A stretch of DNA of 64,000 bases from Polyangiaceae bacterium (GTDB taxonomy: Bacteria; Myxococcota_A; Polyangia; Polyangiales; Polyangiaceae), in the NCBI GenBank assembly GCA_049512415.1, contig JBEKXD010000020.1, positions 732 to 64,731 of the forward strand. The letters run 5' to 3'. The stretch's first letter is position 1. Each line of letters opens with the position of its first letter. Below are positions 53,923 to 63,483 of this stretch, piece by piece. The translations under genes were made by a program, and so were the position numbers. The notes under the pieces were generated by a model, which saw nothing but the letters and a program-made list of their open reading frames with translations, ran no database searches and had not been told where the DNA came from.

Positions 53923-54987
53923 ATGTCGTCGCGAACGCTCTCCGAGACATCTTTCGTCGTCATCGCACTCGCGCTCCCCCTCTTTGGATGCCAGAGCAGC
54001 AGCGACGACGACGCCAACGCGAATTCTTCGGACGCCAGCACCGGCAGCAGTTCGAGCTCGTCGAGCGGAGGTAGCAGTAGTTCGAGCTCGTCGAGCGGAG
54101 GCAGCAGCGGCTCGAGCTCGTCGAGCGGAGGCAGTGGCAGCAGCTCGAGCTCGTCAGGCGGCGCAACCTCGAGCAGCTCGAGCTCGTCAGGCGGCGCAAC
54201 CTCGAGCAGCTCGAGCTCGTCAGGCGGCGCGACCTCGAGCGGCTCGAGCTCGTCAAGCGGCGCAACCTCGAGCAGCTCGAGCTCGTCAGGTGGAGCAACC
54301 TCGAGCAGTTCGAGCTCGTCAGGCGGCGCGACCTCGAGTTCGTCGAGCGGCGGTCCGCTCGATGGAGGTTCTTCGGGCGAAGGCGGAACCGGGGGATGTC
54401 CGGGCGTGCCGATCACTCCCGACGCGACCGGCTACGTGGCTCCCGGCAGCAACTCTGTTGCAATCCACGGATCGTTCTTCATGTACAGCGATTGCAACGA
54501 CGGCATCAAACCGTGTTCGACGATCACCACGCCCACCTCCACGACCTCGTTTCCCAACGTGGGTGGCTTGATGTGTACGTCGGGCACCACGGTGACGGAG
54601 ACGGGGACGGCGGCGAACGCGTGGGGTGCGGGAATGGGTCTCGAGCTCAACGACGGCCCGCCCCAGCAGCCCTACGACGCGACGACGTATAACATCAAGG
54701 GATTCTGCTTCGTGCTGAGCGGCCCAACGCTTCCGAGCACGGGGCTCCGCGTGGCGTTCACAACGAAAGAGAACCAGGACTACGCGCCGTTCGAGACAGT
54801 TACGACCGCCGGGGTGACTACCGTACTGTTCTCGAACATCGCCCAGGGCTCGTGGGTATCGAAGGCCGATACGTTCACGTTCGACCCGACCGAGGTGATG
54901 TTGATGCAGTGGCAGGTTCCGGGAAACACCACAGCTCCGATACCGTGGGATTTCTGCGTCCAAGGGGTGACTGCCATCACGGAATGA
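53923..54987 (+). CDS. lipoprotein with long Ser/Gly tandem-repeat linker and C-terminal beta-sandwich-like (possible carbohydrate-binding) domain
   Basis: The lipobox is ALALPLFGC. About 115 aa are S/G/A/T only. The C-terminal ~200 aa are rich in beta-strand patterns and aromatic residues. A GGAAGGGA lies upstream of the ATG. Confidence 0.75.
   Translation: MSSRTLSETSFVVIALALPLFGCQSSSDDDANANSSDASTGSSSSSSSGGSSSSSSSSGGSSGSSSSSGGSGSSSSSSGGATSSSSSSSGGATSSSSSSSGGATSSGSSSSSGATSSSSSSSGGATSSSSSSSGGATSSSSSGGPLDGGSSGEGGTGGCPGVPITPDATGYVAPGSNSVAIHGSFFMYSDCNDGIKPCSTITTPTSTTSFPNVGGLMCTSGTTVTETGTAANAWGAGMGLELNDGPPQQPYDATTYNIKGFCFVLSGPTLPSTGLRVAFTTKENQDYAPFETVTTAGVTTVLFSNIAQGSWVSKADTFTFDPTEVMLMQWQVPGNTTAPIPWDFCVQGVTAITE
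54157..54354 (+). repeat. 6 tandem copies of a 33-nt unit (ggcggcgcaacctcgagcagctcgagctcgtca) encoding GGATSSSSSSS
   Basis: Copies start at 54157, 54190, 54223, 54256, 54289 and 54322 with few substitutions. They are preceded from ~54040 by related SGGSSSS-coding units. Confidence 0.9.
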
Positions 54988-55016
54988 CCGAGCCAGCCCC
55001 AGCAGTGGACCGGTCT

Positions 55017-56204
55017 TCAGGACTCCGCGTCGGCGTGCCCATGGCCGTGATGTAGGTCTGGCGCGTGGGCGTGAGCGTGTTCGTGAGCCTCGTGGCAGTG
55101 CACGTGATTGTGCGGGCCCACCGCCGGAGCGTCGTGGAAGTGGTGCCCGTCGTCGTGGCGATGGAGATGCTCGTGCTCGGCGCGCTCGTGGCGGTGCCTG
55201 TGACCGTGCGCCTCCGTCAACTGAAGCGCGACGCCGGTCGCAAACAGGACTGCCGCTATGCCTGTCCACTCGTTCGCCGGGCGTTCGCCCAGCATCCATG
55301 CCGTTGCCGCTCCTACGAACGGGGCCAGAGCGAAGACCGATCCCGTTCGAGCGGCCCCGACATGTCGCTGCGCGAGCAGATAGAGACGAAGGCTCAGGCC
55401 GTAGCCTATGGCGCCGCACGCGACCAGGCCCAGACACGCGGCCATCCGTGGGAACGGGCTGGAGAACGCTAGGCTCAGTACGACGCCGGACACCATGCCG
55501 AACATTCCCTTCCACCGGACGACCTCGGTCGGGTTCAGGTCCGCGAGCGGCCGCGAAAGCGTGCTGTCGAGCGCCCACCCGAGGGTTGCTAAGACGACCG
55601 CGATTGCCCCCCATCCGAAACCTGTCGCGCGCGAACCGGCGAGGACGAGGCAGGTGCCTCCAGCGACCATCGCGGCGAGGCCAAGGGCTACGCGCGGCCC
55701 GACGGACTCGCGATAGAGCATCCACGCGAAGAGGACCGTGAAGACCGCCTCGACGTTCAAGAGCAGCGAAGCGCCCGCCCCGTCCGTGTGCTGGAGGCCC
55801 CACGTGAGACTCATCGGGGCAGCCACCGCGCCGAACACCGCCGTGATGACGAGCCGGGGCACGTGAACCGACCGGACATGCGCTTCCTCGTCCCTCGCTC
55901 TGCCGGGCAGCGAATTGCCTGACGCAAGGGCGGCGCCCGCGTAAAGGAGGGCCGCCGAAGGGGCAGGACCAATCCCCTGACCGAGGCGCTGAATCAGTGG
56001 AGTCGTCACGCCGAACGCCAGGGCCGCCAGGACTGCAAAACCACCGCCACGGAGAATGGGGCTCGGGGGCAAGCGGCTCGTCGAAAACAGGCTCTGGCGC
56101 GCGCGACGCCACGCGGGACCTCGAGGGGGGCCGCGAACCGCCCCGCTCCTCGATGAGTGCGGGCTCGGAGAGTCGGTCTCTGTGCGATTCCCGTGCGACT
56201 CCAT
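55017..56204 (-). CDS. EamA/DMT-family transporter with a C-terminal histidine-rich tail
   Basis: It has about 10 TM segments. The last 69 aa contain 23 His (HGHRHRHERAEHEHLHRHDDGHHFH...HNHVHCHEAHEHAHAHAPDLHHGHGH). The start is uncertain: ATG at 56204 or TTG at 56072. The track start at 56753 is implausible because that N-terminus is Arg-rich and looks non-coding. Confidence 0.65.
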   Translation of the reverse strand: MESHGNRTETDSPSPHSSRSGAVRGPPRGPAWRRARQSLFSTSRLPPSPILRGGGFAVLAALAFGVTTPLIQRLGQGIGPAPSAALLYAGAALASGNSLPGRARDEEAHVRSVHVPRLVITAVFGAVAAPMSLTWGLQHTDGAGASLLLNVEAVFTVLFAWMLYRESVGPRVALGLAAMVAGGTCLVLAGSRATGFGWGAIAVVLATLGWALDSTLSRPLADLNPTEVVRWKGMFGMVSGVVLSLAFSSPFPRMAACLGLVACGAIGYGLSLRLYLLAQRHVGAARTGSVFALAPFVGAATAWMLGERPANEWTGIAAVLFATGVALQLTEAHGHRHRHERAEHEHLHRHDDGHHFHDAPAVGPHNHVHCHEAHEHAHAHAPDLHHGHGHADAES

Positions 56205-56688
56205 CTGGCGTGTTCGACGTCCTGCTCGGCGGTGTAGTTGCGCGTGCGACCCTTCTCGGCTAGAAATCACCGCACTCACGGCAATCGGCGAGGTCGCGTC
56301 GCTCTTGGGCGGCGGGTCCATCGTACGTCTCTTCAGTGGCGCCCGCGACTTCGGGTCGGCAAGGAAGCGTGATGGCACGGTCCGCGTTCGGACCGGTCGC
56401 GTTCGTCCGCAGCGTCGGCAGCGTGGGCGCCTACCGTAATGACCTTTGCCGAGAGAAAGATCTCGAGAACCCTTGAATTCCGCTTCCCCGCGCCCCCGTC
56501 GTCCCTTCGGGCGGCAGGCGCCGCGTCCGCACCATTCGCATTCCCCCTCAATCGCACAACACGAATCCCGGAATCGCCCCAGTGGCTTCCGACCCGCCTT
56601 CGAGCGCTCGGGTCGTGGTGACGAGACGGCTCCGCCCAAGACTCTGAGCCGTCCGTTCAATCCCGCTCCGCCACCGCGCACGCAGCCG

Positions 56689-57969
56689 GTGGCGATCGAG
56701 TCTCTGCCGGCCGCCACCCCAGCCGACTCGGCCTTCGCCGCGCTCGGCCTCAATGCTTCCCTCGTCCGCGCTGTCGCTCAGGAGGGATACACGACGCCGA
56801 CTCCCGTCCAATCGCAGGTCGTGCCCCACGTCCTCGCGGGCCGCGACGTTCTCGCATGCGCCCAGACGGGCACCGGCAAGACGGCAGCGTTCGTCCTACC
56901 GCTTCTCCAGCGCCTTTCCGCACTTCCGAAGGACCGGGGTCCTAGGTCGATACGCGTGCTCGTCGTGACGCCGACGCGCGAGCTTGCCTCCCAGATCGAT
57001 GCTCGCGTTGCAGCGTACGGTCGCTTCCTCGGGATAAAGCACACAGTCGTGTTCGGCGGAGTGAGTCAGCGCGGCCAGGAAATGGCCCTGCGATGCGGCC
57101 CGAGCGTGCTCGTGGCCACCCCAGGTCGGCTGCTCGACCTCATGAGACAGGGCGCTCTGCGGCTCGACGCGGTCTCGTACTTGGTCCTGGACGAGGCGGA
57201 CCGGATGCTCGACATGGGCTTCGTTCGCGACATATCGGCGATCTGCGCCGCGCTTCCCGCGGACCGCCAGACGCTTCTGTTTTCGGCGACGATGCCCTCG
57301 TCGGTGGGCGGATTCGCCAGGTCGCTGCTCAAAGATCCGGTGAGCGTGTCGGTCACGCCGACGGCCACGGCGGCGCCGTCGATCGCTCAATCGGTGGTCT
57401 ACGTGGAACGACCCGCCAAAAGGGGCCTTCTCGAGAGGGTTCTGCGCGAGAAGGGCGTGCTCCGCGCGCTCGTGTTCACGGCCACCAAGCATGGCGCCGA
57501 ACGCCTCGCGGAGCAGCTCACGCACGCGGGCATCGATGCGGCCTCGATCCACGGCAACAAGTCGCAGGGGGCGCGTCAACGAGCGCTCGAGGCCTTCCGC
57601 AGGGGCGCCGTTCACGTGCTCGTCGCGACGGACGTCGCGGCCCGTGGAATCGACGTGACGGGGATCTCGCACGTCGTAAACTTCGATCTGCCGAACACGC
57701 CAGAAACCTACGTGCACCGCATCGGCCGTACGGGTCGCGCTGGGGCGGATGGCGAGGCCATTTCCTTCTGCTCTCCTCAGGAGAGGGCGCTGCTGCGCGA
57801 CATCGAGCGCCTCGTGCGTCACCGTCTCGACGTGCGAGGCGACCTACAGCCGGCCACCCCCGACGTTCGACCGGCGCAGTCCGACGTTCGCCCCAAGGCG
57901 TTTCCTCGCAGGGGAGGCTTCTCGCCCGCTGGATCGTCACCCGTGCGCGACCGCGAGTTCATCGGCTGA
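56689..57969 (+). CDS. DEAD-box ATP-dependent RNA helicase
   Basis: Present are the Q motif [31 protein letters not shown] and [13 protein letters not shown] at 56689 gives a normal distance to the Q motif. The track start at 56446 would add an Arg/Pro-rich extension. Confidence 0.85.
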   Translation: MAIESLPAATPADSAFAALGLNASLVRAVAQEGYTTPTPVQSQVVPHVLAGRDVLACAQTGTGKTAAFVLPLLQRLSALPKDRGPRSIRVLVVTPTRELASQIDARVAAYGRFLGIKHTVVFGGVSQRGQEMALRCGPSVLVATPGRLLDLMRQGALRLDAVSYLVLDEADRMLDMGFVRDISAICAALPADRQTLLFSATMPSSVGGFARSLLKDPVSVSVTPTATAAPSIAQSVVYVERPAKRGLLERVLREKGVLRALVFTATKHGAERLAEQLTHAGIDAASIHGNKSQGARQRALEAFRRGAVHVLVATDVAARGIDVTGISHVVNFDLPNTPETYVHRIGRTGRAGADGEAISFCSPQERALLRDIERLVRHRLDVRGDLQPATPDVRPAQSDVRPKAFPRRGGFSPAGSSPVRDREFIG

Positions 57970-60706
57970 GTGCTCTCGTGAGGCGGGCGGCGCTGCTGGC
58001 GCGAAGCGCGGCGCACGCCTTGGCCAATTCGATCGCTGCGTCGAGGCGCCGCCGGAGGCCCTGGATCTCGGGAGCTGACGACGCAAAGAGCTCTGTGGCG
58101 TTGGCTGCCCCCTTCGCGTCGCACTGGGCCCCCACGGCATCGACGAGGAAGCCGTGGCCGACGGCACTCGGCGCTCGCCGAACGAGGTCATCCCAATGGT
58201 CCTTCTCCCAGGCGAGGACGACTGACCGGCCCGCACGATGGCCTAGGGCCGCGGCGAGCACGATAGAAATCTCTGAGGCTCTCACTTCCGGCGTGAGGAC
58301 GAGATCCAAGGCCTGACGCAGCAGGGTTGGGTCGCCGAATCCTCCCATCGCTCGGAGGGCGAGCTCGCGCCCCTCGAGCGTCGTGGCCTTGCTGGCGGCA
58401 AGTCTCAGTTGCTGCAAACGGGTGGCCCCTGCGGCGATCGAGGCTACGGGGACGGCGATGTCGGCGGTGTCGCTCGGAACGCTCGACGGGTCATTGAACC
58501 AGTTTGCGGCGTAGGTGTCCGCCTGCGCCATCGTAGCGGAATCGCGCACAAGCTCGCCCATGGCAGTCAGGACCGCGCGTCTCGTCATGGCTCGGTCGTC
58601 CGCCACAGTCCCCATGTGTGTTCGGGGCGCCGGCACCCACCCGAGAGCGGCTTTGCGCGGGGACAGTCGCGCGCGCACATAGCGCTCGAAGCCAGGCCGC
58701 GCGGCGTCCTCCAGCAGGGCGCGGTCGACTTCGTAGAGCGTGCGCACAATGGCTTCCACGACAAACCGGGAGTCATCGCCATCGAATCGCGCCAGCACGT
58801 CGAGCAGCGTGGCCGGGTCGAGGGTGCCACTGCGAACCTCGGCCCACGCGTTGGCGATGAGGCCCGCCCGATCGGCCGGTGGTAGCTGCCGCTCGTCCTG
58901 GGCGAGGGCGAGCAGGTGCGCGGCGTCGAGCCTGAAACGATAGTACCCGGATTGATCGGCGTTCGGATAGACCCAGGCGGGGCATCGTGACCCGAGGTCA
59001 CGAGTCGCGGGCTCGGCCCCCAGAGTGAAGCAGCTATCGGCACGCTGCGTCGGATCGCGCACGCACACGGGCACGGTCCAGCGCCCGGTCGATTCGACCG
59101 CCGAACCGGCAGCGCCGCCCACCCCCGTGGCATGCCAGCTGAACTCGCGCAGGGTCAGCGCGCTCCGGCCAGCTGGGTTGCACTTCCAGTTGGCGCGCAC
59201 CTCGGGCACACCGGGGTGGTCCAAGAAGCCGCTCGCCATCTGTCCGACGTGGAACGTGGACACGTAGTCGAGAGCGGCAAAGAGGTCGTGCGCAGTAGCT
59301 GCCGCCCCCGCGTTATCGCGCAAGTACTTTTGGACGCCGCGGCGAAATATCTCTGGGCCGACCCAGTGCTCGATCATATGAAGGATGGCGGCGCCCTTCA
59401 CGTAGGGCATTTCGTCGAACGGCTCGCCTGCTTCGGTCGGCGATCGGACGGGTTCGCGGACCGAGTGCGCGTGCGAGAGAGCGTCGAGGTCCATCACGCC
59501 GTCCACGCGTGCGAGCTGTTCGAGTCCTGCGCCGAATCCCGGTTGCCACTCGTCGACGACCTTGGTTTGCGCCCAGGTGGCGAACCCCTCGCTGAGCCAA
59601 ATGTCGTCCCACCAGCGCATGGTGACCAGGTCGCCGAACCACTGGCGTGCGAGTTCGTGCGCTATGACGAGTGCCTGCGCGCGTCGAAGGTGCGTCGAAG
59701 CGCGCGTCGGTTCGGCGAGCAGAATGCTCTCACGGAACGCAATGAGCCCCGGATTCTCCGTCGCCCCCGGCGCGAAGTCAGGCACCGCGAGGAGGTCCAG
59801 CTTGGCGTACGGGTACGAGATGCCGAGGTAGTCTGCCAGGCGGTCTACGAGCGCTGCAGCCGTCTCCAACGCCGTCGCGGAGAGCGCGCCTTCGCCCTTG
59901 GGCGCAACGACCCGGATAGGAAAAGGCGCGCTCCGACCTTGTACGATGTCGAAGTCACCGACCGCAAAGGCGACGAGAAAGCTAGGCAGCGGCGCGGTGG
60001 TCTGGAAAGCGTGGACGATCGTCCCCTCCGGTAGGATGCGCTTCGATGCTTCCGGAGCATTGGCGACCGCCGCCATCGTGGGCGGCGTGACGAGGACAAC
60101 ATCGTAGGGGGTCTTGATCCCGGGCTCGTCAAAGCAGGGAAACGCACTGCGCGCCTCCGTGGCCCCAAATTGGGTGAATGCGTAGTCGCGGTCTTGGTGG
60201 TGGACGCGATACAATCCCGACAGGCCCGTCGCGAAGGGCGCATCGTAGTCGATGACCAGTCGAAGGGTCCCGGCGGGCAGACGCGTTGGAAATCGCAGGC
60301 GTAGCTCGTCGGGCGCCGCGCCATTGCGGACGCCGCGCAGCCAAGGAGCCGCGACCAACTCGTGGTCCCCGACATGGGCCAGGGCGCGGCTGACGTGTAT
60401 GTCTCGTGCGTGCAGAACCAGAACGCTCGTCGTCTCGGCCAGCGCGACGACGATGGTCACTTTTCCGTCGAAACGTGGCTTCGACGGGTCGACGTGCAGC
60501 TCGAGCGCATAGTGCAAGGGGGTGACCGTTTGCGGCAGACGCCCCTCGGGGTTCGCAGCCGGGGCGGCCTCCGGACGGTCTTGGTCTGGCGGCGTCGCCA
60601 GCCTTCCTTGGGTGAGATCCGGTGCCGGTTGCATCCCGCCGCATGCGGCGTTCATCGACGCAATGCTGGCGAAGAGAACGCCAAGCGTCCCGGGCCGACG
60701 TAACAT
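57959..60706 (-). CDS. pepN: M1-family zinc aminopeptidase (aminopeptidase N-like), secreted/lipoprotein
   Basis: It has GATENPG (a GAMEN variant) and [27 protein letters not shown] (HEXXH-X18-E). The signal peptide ends in AACGG. Confidence 0.9.
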   Translation of the reverse strand: MLRRPGTLGVLFASIASMNAACGGMQPAPDLTQGRLATPPDQDRPEAAPAANPEGRLPQTVTPLHYALELHVDPSKPRFDGKVTIVVALAETTSVLVLHARDIHVSRALAHVGDHELVAAPWLRGVRNGAAPDELRLRFPTRLPAGTLRLVIDYDAPFATGLSGLYRVHHQDRDYAFTQFGATEARSAFPCFDEPGIKTPYDVVLVTPPTMAAVANAPEASKRILPEGTIVHAFQTTAPLPSFLVAFAVGDFDIVQGRSAPFPIRVVAPKGEGALSATALETAAALVDRLADYLGISYPYAKLDLLAVPDFAPGATENPGLIAFRESILLAEPTRASTHLRRAQALVIAHELARQWFGDLVTMRWWDDIWLSEGFATWAQTKVVDEWQPGFGAGLEQLARVDGVMDLDALSHAHSVREPVRSPTEAGEPFDEMPYVKGAAILHMIEHWVGPEIFRRGVQKYLRDNAGAAATAHDLFAALDYVSTFHVGQMASGFLDHPGVPEVRANWKCNPAGRSALTLREFSWHATGVGGAAGSAVESTGRWTVPVCVRDPTQRADSCFTLGAEPATRDLGSRCPAWVYPNADQSGYYRFRLDAAHLLALAQDERQLPPADRAGLIANAWAEVRSGTLDPATLLDVLARFDGDDSRFVVEAIVRTLYEVDRALLEDAARPGFERYVRARLSPRKAALGWVPAPRTHMGTVADDRAMTRRAVLTAMGELVRDSATMAQADTYAANWFNDPSSVPSDTADIAVPVASIAAGATRLQQLRLAASKATTLEGRELALRAMGGFGDPTLLRQALDLVLTPEVRASEISIVLAAALGHRAGRSVVLAWEKDHWDDLVRRAPSAVGHGFLVDAVGAQCDAKGAANATELFASSAPEIQGLRRRLDAAIELAKACAALRASSAARLTRALSR

Positions 60707-60716
60707 GACCGCGGGT

Positions 60717-60974
60717 TTACTGCGGGTCTCGTCCGACGGCCATCACTTGGACGTTGAGATCCAGGACGAGGCGCAGCAAAGTCGCTCGCTGTTCTTGCGT
60801 GGGGGGTCGCACGGTCCATGTGTGCAATGCCCGAGCGTACCCTTCCGCCTTCGCGCGCAGCTCGCGAACGATCGGGTCCGGAGGGAGCTCACGCAGACGT
60901 TCGATCGTGTCGTCGAGCGATTGCTCGACGATGTTGAGTCGTGTGGACAACGTCCTCGAGGCGCCAGAGGCCAT
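60717..60974 (-). CDS. 85-aa helical protein of unknown function, 10 nt upstream of pepN-like gene
   Basis: The ATG at 60974 gives MASGASRTLSTRLNIVEQSLDDTIERLRELPPDPIVRELRAKAEGYARAL... . It has G/C third-position bias and I recognise no domain. Confidence 0.4.
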   Translation of the reverse strand: MASGASRTLSTRLNIVEQSLDDTIERLRELPPDPIVRELRAKAEGYARALHTWTVRPPTQEQRATLLRLVLDLNVQVMAVGRDPQ

Positions 60975-61250
60975 GACAAATCTACGATAGCTCGCCGCGG
61001 GGCCGTGTGCCTGTGTTCGGCGGGATCTTGGCTCGTTATCGCGAGTATGTATGCCCAATAGAGCCATGGCCCTCACGAATGCGAGTTCGTCCGACCTTTA
61101 GGCTCTTTTGGCGATGTGCAGGTTACGAGTTTCTGGCTTGCGGCGGGGATTTGGCTTCTGCAAAGCGAAGGGAGCCCTGGCATCCTCCGCCTTTGGACCC
61201 GTTCGCGCAGATGGACTGTTCGCTTGAAGATTCATGATAATATCCGTCTC

Positions 61251-63377
61251 ATGCCCGGTCGCGTCTTGCCGGAATGGACCGCTAGGCTCGGCCGTGCGGC
61301 GCGTCCAGAGTTGGCCTCTCAGGTCAATGAGAGTTCCCGTTCGAGCACGGACGCGGGATGGGGCGGCATCTTCGAGCTGCGGATCGATTCCGGTGAAACG
61401 GGGTGCTCAGGGGAGTGTCGAACGACGCTGGGGCGCGAGCGGAGCGCGAGCCCCGAGACGCTCGAAACGCTAGAGTCGTTTATCGCCCTGTTCCACGAGG
61501 ACGACCAAGAGCGGCTCCTCGACCGCATTCGCGCTCCAGCTCCTCGCTCCGCGCAGCTCGGTGAAATCGAGGTCCGCGTACGGGCGCGAGATGGTTCGTA
61601 TCGATGGGTGCACTTGATGTGGCGGACCGTCGAGACCAGTGCGGATGGATGCGTCCGGCACCTCGTGGGAGTCATGACCGACGCGGCGCCCGGTCGCGCC
61701 GAGCGCGCTTTGCGGGAGGACAGCGCCACGCGTCTTCGGCTCGCGCTGGCGGCATCCAATCAGGGAACGTTTGAAGTTGATTTCACGACGGACGTCCTGC
61801 GAATTGACGCGAGCCTTGCGACGATTCTCGAGCTGGAGGCCGCCGAGAGGGAGGAAGACCTCGCTTGGTTCATCGATCGGGTTCACCCCGATGATCGCAG
61901 TCGGGTGGCAGCGGCCATGCGCGTCGATTCGGCGACCGCGAGAGCCGACCACACGTGTGAATTCCGCGTACAGATGTCCACCGGCGAGTATCGATGGCTC
62001 CTCTCCCGCGGCGCGGTCGTCGAGGGGGATGCCGACGGGCGTCCAGTCCGGCTCGTCGGAACGCAAATGGACGTCACCGACCAGCACCGCGCGATTCTCG
62101 CCAAGGAGGAACTCGAGGCGCAGCTCCGACAAGCCCAGAAGATGGAGCCAGTCGGTCGTCTGGCGAGCGGCATAGCTCATGACTTCAACAATCTCCTCTC
62201 CGTGATCCTAAGCTACGCGAGCCTTGCTCTCGATTCGGCTCGGGACCCCGAGATGCGCGAGGATTTGCATGAAATCTGCCGGGCGGCGGAACGCGGCGCC
62301 AGCTTGACGAGGCAGCTTCTGGCGTTCACACGAAAGCAGGCGACGGACGTTCAGCTCGTCGACGCCGGAGCGCTGGTAGGCGGCATGGAGACGATGCTTC
62401 GGCGTACGCTCGGCGAGCGCGTCGTCGTTCGGACCGGGGCGAGTCCCGGAGTCCCGCCCATACGAATCGACCCCGTGCAGCTCGAGCAGGTCCTTATGAA
62501 CCTTGCCGTGAATTCACGCGACGCGATGCCTGCCGGCGGTGAACTCGAAATAGGCGTGGACCTCGTCGCGTGCGCGTCCGCCCCCGAGGGCACGTTGCTC
62601 GAGCCTGGTACGTACGTTCGGATCTCTGTCAGAGACACGGGGTGCGGCATGGACGAGGAAACACGGCGCCACGCCTTCGAGCCATTCTTCACGACGAAGG
62701 CGGGGGGCACTGGCCTGGGTCTGGCGACAGTCGGGGGAATCGTTCGCGACGCCGGGGGCGCGATCGTTCTCGACAGCGCCGTAGATGTTGGAACCGCGTT
62801 CGCGGTGTACTTTCCGGCGTTAGTCGGCGCCGAACCGACTGTTCCTCCCACAGCGCGCGGGGATTCTGCACGCTGCGGAACGGAGACCGTCCTGGTCGTG
62901 GATGACGATGATGCGGTTCGCGGAGCCGCCGTCGCGGTGTTGCGCAAGCACGGTTACCGCACCCTTCACGCCAACAGTTCCGCGGGAGCCTTCGAGGTTG
63001 CGGCGACCGTTGCTGGGGATGTCGACGTGCTCGTGACGGATGTCGTCATGCCGTCAGGCGGTGGAATCGAGCTGGCGCGGCGATTGACGGAAGTCTGGCC
63101 ACGCCTCAAGGTCCTGTTCGTTTCGGGGCACACCGAAGACGTAGAGGTCGCCGGGCTTGCCCATGAGGTGCCGTCCGCGTTGCTAGCCAAACCGTTCGCC
63201 GTTCAAAGCTTGCTCGAGAACGTCCGTGCCGTGCTCGATGACGGGGGATTCGTGCGCTCCGGGACGCACCCGACCGCCGCGGCCACCGCAGCCGGGGACG
63301 CGGAACAGCCGACCGATCCCATGGGCCAGTCCACGATACCGGTCGACTTCGCCATCCAGGGAGGTTCGCGCAGGTAG
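61251..63377 (+). CDS. hybrid sensor histidine kinase (PAS domains + HisKA + HATPase_c + receiver)
   Basis: It has the H-box IAHDFNNLLSVILSYASL, G1 DTGCGM, G2 GTGLGLATV and a receiver domain VLVVDDDDAVR...DVLVTDVVMP...LAKPF. The start is uncertain (61116-61251). Confidence 0.85.
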   Translation: MPGRVLPEWTARLGRAARPELASQVNESSRSSTDAGWGGIFELRIDSGETGCSGECRTTLGRERSASPETLETLESFIALFHEDDQERLLDRIRAPAPRSAQLGEIEVRVRARDGSYRWVHLMWRTVETSADGCVRHLVGVMTDAAPGRAERALREDSATRLRLALAASNQGTFEVDFTTDVLRIDASLATILELEAAEREEDLAWFIDRVHPDDRSRVAAAMRVDSATARADHTCEFRVQMSTGEYRWLLSRGAVVEGDADGRPVRLVGTQMDVTDQHRAILAKEELEAQLRQAQKMEPVGRLASGIAHDFNNLLSVILSYASLALDSARDPEMREDLHEICRAAERGASLTRQLLAFTRKQATDVQLVDAGALVGGMETMLRRTLGERVVVRTGASPGVPPIRIDPVQLEQVLMNLAVNSRDAMPAGGELEIGVDLVACASAPEGTLLEPGTYVRISVRDTGCGMDEETRRHAFEPFFTTKAGGTGLGLATVGGIVRDAGGAIVLDSAVDVGTAFAVYFPALVGAEPTVPPTARGDSARCGTETVLVVDDDDAVRGAAVAVLRKHGYRTLHANSSAGAFEVAATVAGDVDVLVTDVVMPSGGGIELARRLTEVWPRLKVLFVSGHTEDVEVAGLAHEVPSALLAKPFAVQSLLENVRAVLDDGGFVRSGTHPTAAATAAGDAEQPTDPMGQSTIPVDFAIQGGSRR

Positions 63378-63391
63378 GCTTGACGGTCGGT

Positions 63392-63448
63392 GTATTTCGG
63401 TCGAAACCGAGCGAGCCTGGTGGCGAGTCGCGCGGAGCCGACTCCCTG
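63392..63448 (+). repeat. 57-nt conserved intergenic element, copy B (first copy at 35663..35719)
   Basis: gtatttcggtcgaaaccgagcgagcctggtggcgagtcgcgcggagccgactccctg. It begins 15 nt after the kinase stop and ends 35 nt before the fabI ATG. Confidence 0.7.
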
Positions 63449-63483
63449 GACAAGCAGGTCGAAATGGAAGAAGGAGGGCACCC

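Noticed and set aside
54040-54354. Regularly spaced direct repeats, here and at 16433-16567 and 51925-52995, considered as possible CRISPR arrays.
   Set aside because: The units are contiguous with no unique spacers and are in frame within long ORFs. No cas genes are present in the window.
53895-54416. A minus-strand ORF encoding perfect PPDELELLEVA repeats.
   Set aside because: It is the reverse-complement reading of the 33-nt Ser/Gly array inside the lipoprotein gene 53923-54987. That gene has a lipobox, an RBS and a structured C-terminal domain.
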